DNA of 64,000 nucleotides from Escherichia coli (GTDB lineage Bacteria; Pseudomonadota; Gammaproteobacteria; Enterobacterales; Enterobacteriaceae): NCBI RefSeq assembly GCF_050920415.1, contig NZ_CP169309.1; one strand, 5' to 3'. Shown piece by piece: positions 59,089 to 64,000 of this stretch (position 1 is its first letter; each line of letters starts with the position of its first letter). The notes under the pieces were generated by a model. It saw only the letters and a program-made list of their open reading frames with translations, ran no database searches and was not told where the DNA came from. The position numbers and the translations under genes were made by a program.

Positions 59089-59508
59089 CTAAAAAGGAAT
59101 ATCGTCGTCGAAGTCCATCGGAGGCGGATTATTCCCGTTATTATTCTGCTGCTGCGGCGGCGCTTTCTGCTGCTGTCCTTGCTGCTGGCCTTGTTGGTTA
59201 ACATTCATGAATTCAAATTCGTTAACCGCCACTTCTACCGCAGTCCCCTTCGTGCCGTCGTTCCGGTCATATTGCCGAACATCCAGGCGACCGCTTACCA
59301 CTATTTTTCCACCCTTGCGGATATGTGGCGCTAATTTTTCCGCACGCTCGCCAAATACCAGACAAGTGATCCACATTACCCGCTTATTATCACCGTAGCC
59401 ATTCGTTACAGCTAACGGGAAGCTACCGATCGCTTTACCGCTTTGCGTGTAGCGGACTTCCATGTCATTTCCGATATTCCCGCCCAGCGTAATTGAATTT
59501 AAGCTCAT
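59089..59508 (-). CDS. ssb: single-stranded DNA-binding protein
   Basis: 139 aa; OB-fold region, Gln/Pro-rich linker, C-terminal DFDDDIPF tip. Confidence 0.85.
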   Translation of the reverse strand: MSLNSITLGGNIGNDMEVRYTQSGKAIGSFPLAVTNGYGDNKRVMWITCLVFGERAEKLAPHIRKGGKIVVSGRLDVRQYDRNDGTKGTAVEVAVNEFEFMNVNQQGQQQGQQQKAPPQQQNNNGNNPPPMDFDDDIPF

Positions 59509-60149
59509 TAACCCATCTCCCCGTTAAGCTCTGATTTTCTGATCTGGTATACGTCGCTCGCTTTCTGTCGTTGCTCTGAGTTTTCAGGTAATAACTTCCA
59601 GCATTTAGCAAAAATATCTTTAAGTGCTTTTTCGTCCTGCGCTTTCGCTGCCGCATCACAGAAACGTGCTAATACTTCATCAGGATTTGGCGGCGCTTTC
59701 TGCTGCTGCGGTTGTTGTTTTGGTGGGTTTTTCTGTTGTCGCGGCTGCTGGCCTGTCTGCTTCGCGTAAGCATCAGTATCAGGATCGCGAGCATCATCTA
59801 TACAGAATAAACCGTTCAAAGCATATTTCCGCGCGTAACTTGATGTTGCTCCTGTTAGCTGGCTGGCGTCCATACCCTTCTTGCTTTCTTCCTCCCTGGC
59901 ATAAGCAGTTACCGCTATTACGTCTTCACCGTCGCTTAGCGTCGCCGTAGCTTTCACATAATAGCGATTGCCGATCAGGACAATTTCATCACTAACAGTC
60001 AGCGTGATATTTTGAAGCAGTGGTTTAACCGCCTCTAAAATATCCTCCGCCGACCTGTAATTATACCCGCCAAAATTATTACGCTGATTTTTCGGCGCGT
60101 TCAGCGTTTGCTGAATCGTCCATAGTTTTTTATGTAACTCTGTTTTCAC
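59508..60149 (-). CDS. erf: Erf-family single-strand annealing protein
   Basis: 213 aa; FGGYNYRSAEDI motif; apparent GTG start coupled to upstream small ORF. Confidence 0.75.
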   Translation of the reverse strand: MKTELHKKLWTIQQTLNAPKNQRNNFGGYNYRSAEDILEAVKPLLQNITLTVSDEIVLIGNRYYVKATATLSDGEDVIAVTAYAREEESKKGMDASQLTGATSSYARKYALNGLFCIDDARDPDTDAYAKQTGQQPRQQKNPPKQQPQQQKAPPNPDEVLARFCDAAAKAQDEKALKDIFAKCWKLLPENSEQRQKASDVYQIRKSELNGEMG

Positions 60150-60268
60150 CCTTTAATCTCCTTCGCTGTTAACACTACGTATAAGGCTTTATTCGCGGCG
60201 CTCCACATTTCGGCATCGTGAAGCATTTCCGCTACCGCCAGTTTGAATTGAAGCGCCCGAATAACCAT
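60146..60268 (-). CDS. small protein upstream of erf (Arf-like position, 40 aa)
   Basis: GGAGGTGA RBS; stop overlaps erf start. Confidence 0.4.
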   Translation of the reverse strand: MVIRALQFKLAVAEMLHDAEMWSAANKALYVVLTAKEIKG

Positions 60269-60298
60269 AATGTCACCTCCGGATGTTTACATTTTGTA

Positions 60299-60589
60299 TT
60301 AATGGTAGCGGACTTTATCCAGGGGTTTTTCCCCTAAATGGCGTGGTTGCGTTGCGTGGTAGTAGCTGCCGCTTTCATTTTCCGTATACCATTTTACTGG
60401 TCCTTTGCGACGTTCTTTAATGCTATTTGGTTTGCATCTTTCCTCGTTTGCAAATCGAATAGCTTTATCCACATTGTCTGTTTTATTGATTGCAGGTGAT
60501 GATTTTCTTTCGTTTTCTCTTTTTATCCTTCTGCGTTCCCTGGCATTCAGTTTACTGTCACATTTGCCATACATAATTGTAACGCTCAT
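60299..60589 (-). CDS. N-like transcription antiterminator (P22 gp24-like)
   Basis: 96 aa; N-terminal Arg-rich motif NARERRRIKRENERK; GGAG RBS; nut-like site upstream. Confidence 0.65.
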   Translation of the reverse strand: MSVTIMYGKCDSKLNARERRRIKRENERKSSPAINKTDNVDKAIRFANEERCKPNSIKERRKGPVKWYTENESGSYYHATQPRHLGEKPLDKVRYH

Positions 60590-60644
60590 AATCTGATCTC
60601 CGTATATCCTTGATGAAACTTAATAAAAATCATCTTCGTTAATT

Positions 60645-60682
60645 GCCGCACTTCCAGCGGCTGACCAGATTGTTAATGAGCG
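60645..60682 (-). promoter_or_regulatory. putative nutL (boxA plus boxB hairpin)
   Basis: minus strand CGCTCATTAACAA (boxA-like) then 9 nt then GCCGC-TGGAAGT-GCGGC hairpin. Confidence 0.5.
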
Positions 60683-61056
60683 GCTTAACATCTTTCAACT
60701 AATCCCGCAATCATCGCCGTTCCCGGCGTGACCTTGCTCACTCCAAGCAAGCTGACTCGTCGCCTTGCGTGCGGTTTCGTGGGGGATGTAACGCTTTAAA
60801 CACCCCATGCGCCTTGTTATCAGTGCCGCTTTCGGTCCCCCATCGGGGAGTTACTCCACGGTTGACAAGGTGTTAAGCCTGATTTTTAAAGTGCCAGGAA
60901 GTTGCTTTTGTTACCTGCGCCCTTCCTTTGACTCGCAATATACGCCCCGTAAAACACCGAGTCAATCCATTTTGTATACTTTTTTAAAACATTTTGTATG
61001 CTATTGATATTTAAGCAATAAATAACGCTTCCTGTTTACGTTTTGGTGTTTTCCGG

Positions 61057-61083
61057 GCAAAGAAAAGCCGCCATCCGGCGGCT
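61057..61083 (-). terminator. rho-independent terminator downstream of repressor gene
   Basis: agccgcc-atcc-ggcggct hairpin followed on minus strand by TTTTCTTTG. Confidence 0.55.
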
Positions 61084-61088
61084 AATGT

Positions 61089-61736
61089 TTATGGCAGGTT
61101 TACGATCTTCGCATCAACCACCACACCTATGATTTTTGATTCTGGATTCATAGGGATTGGCGGATACAGAGGGTTGAGCGAACGTAAAAGCCTTTGACCT
61201 CCATCAATAATCAACTGTTTAAACGTCGGTATCTGCCCTTCCTCAAGCTGGGCTATAACCAGTTTGCCGTCAATAGCTGGCGCGTGCGGATCGACAAGTA
61301 TCATCGTCCCCGCTGGTATACTCAATCCTTGCGGCGCGTTCATTGATTCGCCTTTAGCTACCAGCCAATAACTATCATCTGAACAAATAACGCTAGTCGT
61401 AACGTGTGGTAATGTTGATCGCCTTGTATCATCCATATTGTTTACTGTGTCCTTCCAGTCAACAACCGGGTAACTGCCTAAATCACGCTGCGGCGCTCCC
61501 GGTAACGTGTTAGAAACAGAATCATCAATGACCATTCCATCATGTGTAACAGTGAATTGCCGACGACCAAGCGCCCGCATAATCCGCGCAATATCTTCAA
61601 GATTTGGCTCGCGGCGACCGTTAAGCCAGTGTGACAGGCCGCCTTTAGTTATCCCCATGAGATCCGCGAGTGAATCCTGGCTCATGCCTTGCGCTCGCAT
61701 GAGCTGCTTTGCTAAGTCATACCATTTTGTTTTCAT
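61089..61736 (-). CDS. CI-like prophage repressor (HTH-XRE plus S24 LexA-type peptidase domain)
   Basis: 215 aa; N-terminal HTH, C-terminal S24-like domain with GESM serine motif and a conserved Lys. Confidence 0.85.
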   Translation of the reverse strand: MKTKWYDLAKQLMRAQGMSQDSLADLMGITKGGLSHWLNGRREPNLEDIARIMRALGRRQFTVTHDGMVIDDSVSNTLPGAPQRDLGSYPVVDWKDTVNNMDDTRRSTLPHVTTSVICSDDSYWLVAKGESMNAPQGLSIPAGTMILVDPHAPAIDGKLVIAQLEEGQIPTFKQLIIDGGQRLLRSLNPLYPPIPMNPESKIIGVVVDAKIVNLP

Positions 61737-61795
61737 GTCGCTACCCTATAACCTCAAAAAGTTTGATACAAGTCACAAAATGTATTTTTCAAGTC

Positions 61796-61823
61796 TTGAC
61801 CTAAAAACGCCATTCTGTAAACT
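61796..61823 (+). promoter_or_regulatory. putative rightward early promoter (TTGACC-16-TGTAAACT)
   Basis: -35 TTGACC, 16-bp spacer, extended -10 TG-TAAACT; overlaps CATTCTGTAAAC motif copy. Confidence 0.45.
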
Positions 61824-62041
61824 TGCAGACAAGGTAGGGCCATAGTTGCAAAGACGCAAGAAAAAAGATAACGGAATAGCACAAAAAGGCGCATACCTTA
61901 TGCTCTTTAATAATCTGGTGTCGCTGCGAAGCGAAAAACAAATATCACGCAACGGCGGGATCTGTTAAGCGGTCAATCACTGCTACCTAATACTAATGGG
62001 ATACCCGCCCGCGCGTTCACTCTAACATAGGAGAAAACACA

Positions 62042-62296
62042 ATGAGTATGCACATGATGAATGAAGTATGGAAATTAAAACTTAACAGCCCTATTCAAAA
62101 ACTTGTCTTAATGGCGATGGCTGAAAAGGCAGATAACAAAGGACGGGTACATGTATCACGCAAAGAAGTAGCCGCAATGTGTGAACTTCCTGTTTATACG
62201 GTACATGATGCCTTCGCCGCGTTAATGGATAAAGGATTTGTTTGTCGTCTTGATGCATTCAGTGATGTCTATGTAGTGATGTTGCCGGAGGAATGA
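62042..62296 (+). CDS. small winged-helix/HTH protein (Cro-like position)
   Basis: 84 aa; AGGAGA RBS; divergent from repressor gene. Confidence 0.45.
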   Translation: MSMHMMNEVWKLKLNSPIQKLVLMAMAEKADNKGRVHVSRKEVAAMCELPVYTVHDAFAALMDKGFVCRLDAFSDVYVVMLPEE

Positions 62297-62299
62297 TCC

Positions 62300-63400
62300 A
62301 TGAAGTGGTTTAAGCATGATAGCGATGCGAACCGCGATGAAAAGCTCCAAAACGTTTTGCTTGATTATGGTCTGGAAGGATACGGGCTTTACTGGTATTG
62401 CATCGAGTTAATAGCTTATGAAGTAGATCAACATAATCTGACATTCGAACTAAAACACGATGCGAGAATTATTGCCCGTAACGTCGGATCAACTCCGAAA
62501 CGTGTAGAAGAAATGATGAGATACTTCATCGAAGTTGGCTTGTTCGATTGCTCGCATGGCGTTGTAAGATGCCTGTCGTTAGCAAAAAGACTTGATCAAT
62601 CAATGGCTTCATCAAAAAGCGAATTTAGGGAAGCAATTAAAAGGCTAAACGTCAAAAAAAATAAAAAGTTAGATAATCCTTTAGTGGAAGTAAATAATTC
62701 ACCAGATACAGAAAAAGAAAAAGAAAAACCATGGCACAACCATGATGCAGCCATGGCACAACCATGTCATAGCCATGGATTAGAAGTAGAAGTAGAAGAA
62801 GAAATAGAAAAAGATATATACACTTCGTGTATTAGCGAAAATGGACAAAAAACGGTCAATCAGGACGGTGTAAGCGAAGCTGCCTTGCGTTGCCTGGCTT
62901 TCTACAACGAAAAGGCAGGATGCAAGTGTCGTGATACTAAGCCATTCATCGAACTACTGACAGAAACAAAAACACGTAAGGCATATACGGAGGAAGAGAT
63001 CACATTAGTAATTGAGTGGGCTTTAACCCAATGGCGTAGCCGTGGTGGAGTACCTAAGCCTATCAACATTTGCCGGGTAACTAAGTTTGATGGGTATCTG
63101 GCTGATGCTGAACAATGGCGCAAGTTATCAGCTACTGTAAACGCTGCCGACGTGGTGGGAGAATTTAACAGCACGTTTGACGGCCTGTTACCACCTGCCG
63201 AACTGGATCGGGATCTTGAACGCAAGATCTATGCGTTCACTGACTACCTGAAAGACAAAAGTATTAACGGCTTTGTCGCCTACTTCGAAACGTTCAAAAA
63301 CACGGCTTCAGATTTTTACTTCGGCAATGGCTTCACTGCGACACTTGATTTTCTGCTTAAACCAAAAACGCTACGTGATACACGCGCTGGCGTTCTTTGA
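62300..63400 (+). CDS. putative phage replication initiation protein (DUF4373-like N-terminal domain)
   Basis: 366 aa; N-terminal MKWFKHDSDANRDEKLQ...YGLEGYGLYWYCIE pattern typical of Lin1244/DnaD-like phage replication proteins. Confidence 0.5.
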   Translation: MKWFKHDSDANRDEKLQNVLLDYGLEGYGLYWYCIELIAYEVDQHNLTFELKHDARIIARNVGSTPKRVEEMMRYFIEVGLFDCSHGVVRCLSLAKRLDQSMASSKSEFREAIKRLNVKKNKKLDNPLVEVNNSPDTEKEKEKPWHNHDAAMAQPCHSHGLEVEVEEEIEKDIYTSCISENGQKTVNQDGVSEAALRCLAFYNEKAGCKCRDTKPFIELLTETKTRKAYTEEEITLVIEWALTQWRSRGGVPKPINICRVTKFDGYLADAEQWRKLSATVNAADVVGEFNSTFDGLLPPAELDRDLERKIYAFTDYLKDKSINGFVAYFETFKNTASDFYFGNGFTATLDFLLKPKTLRDTRAGVL

Positions 63401-63533
63401 CCAACCACGATCCGCAAAAATCCAAAATTACCCATAAAACAACCTCACCAGCGAGCTAAATAGCATATGCTGCTACACTTGCTTACCTTTTTGCGATTAG
63501 CTCGTTATAGAGCGTTACAGAGAGGATTTTAAA

Positions 63534-63635
63534 ATGGACGGTAAACACGTTTTCGCCCTGGCCTTTGCCATCGCTGCGGCAATCGCTGTTAACGTCGCTT
63601 TGTTCGGCGGTTTGTACCTTCTCGTTAATCCATAA
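63534..63635 (+). CDS. small hydrophobic peptide (33 aa)
   Basis: AGAGGA RBS; single TM helix. Confidence 0.3.
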   Translation: MDGKHVFALAFAIAAAIAVNVALFGGLYLLVNP

Positions 63636-63796
63636 CCTACCTACCAGTCTGTAAATCGAAAATTAGCCACCTGATAGCGCCTCTGGCGCAAAAAAGACAC
63701 TGCACCCTTACAAGTGGGTTACGCGGTGGAATTTTGCGTTGTAGCGCGTTTTACGGAAAATAAATATACATTCTGTAAACATGAGGAAGTAACATT

Positions 63797-64000
63797 ATGT
63801 CGCAAAGAAAGATCAGCGATGAGGAATTAATCGCTGAGTACAAGAAGGGGAAAACTTACAAGCAAATAGCCGAAGAATATGGAATGGCAAAACGCAACGT
63901 CGAACGACTGGGCGCGCGGTTGGCGAAACGCGGTTTAATATCCACGCGTCGCGCGCCGGGTTTTGGCGTCAATGGTGAGTCTTTGCTCGTTGATAAAGAT
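63797..64000 (+). CDS. hypothetical HTH-containing protein, 5' portion (runs off window end)
   Basis: ATG at 63797 after promoter-like motif; YKQIAEEYGMAKRNVERL HTH-like. Confidence 0.35.
   Translation, partial: MSQRKISDEELIAEYKKGKTYKQIAEEYGMAKRNVERLGARLAKRGLISTRRAPGFGVNGESLLVDKD

Overview
The window has two parts. Positions 1-17,300 are conserved E. coli-type chromosome, reverse-complemented relative to K-12 numbering: ttcA (3' part), dbpA, zntB, dgcM, smrA, abgR-abgABT, ogt, fnr, uspE, ynaJ, ynaI and mppA. From about 17,300 to the window end (more than 46 kb) there is a lambdoid/P22-like prophage whose integrase end lies outside the window. On the minus strand it carries, from high to low coordinates: CI-like repressor, N-like antiterminator with nutL, arf/erf/ssb recombination genes, about 20 small early ORFs, Dam-like and C5-like methyltransferases with a YhhQ-like membrane protein, NinG, RusA, a Q-like protein, about 24 small accessory ORFs, a lysis cassette (pinholin, SAR endolysin, Rz/Rz1), an HExxH protein, terminase, head genes and a lambda-like tail (H, M, L, K, I, J, tail fiber). 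Replication genes are divergent on the plus strand. The prophage junction appears to lie inside the 5' end of mppA, giving it a replacement signal peptide. The most unusual feature is a tandem array of ten tightly packed 22-31 codon ORFs (42,284-43,123), each with its own ribosome-binding site and each encoding a hydrophobic single-helix mini-protein, between the HExxH gene and the small terminase. Other items worth follow-up are three opposite-strand moron cassettes inside the tail operon (one with a possible RelE/YoeB-like pair), a perfect dyad plus a G13 tract in a promoter region, and a recurring CATTTTGTA promoter/operator-like motif. All calls are from reading the sequence and recalled family signatures; no database search was run.
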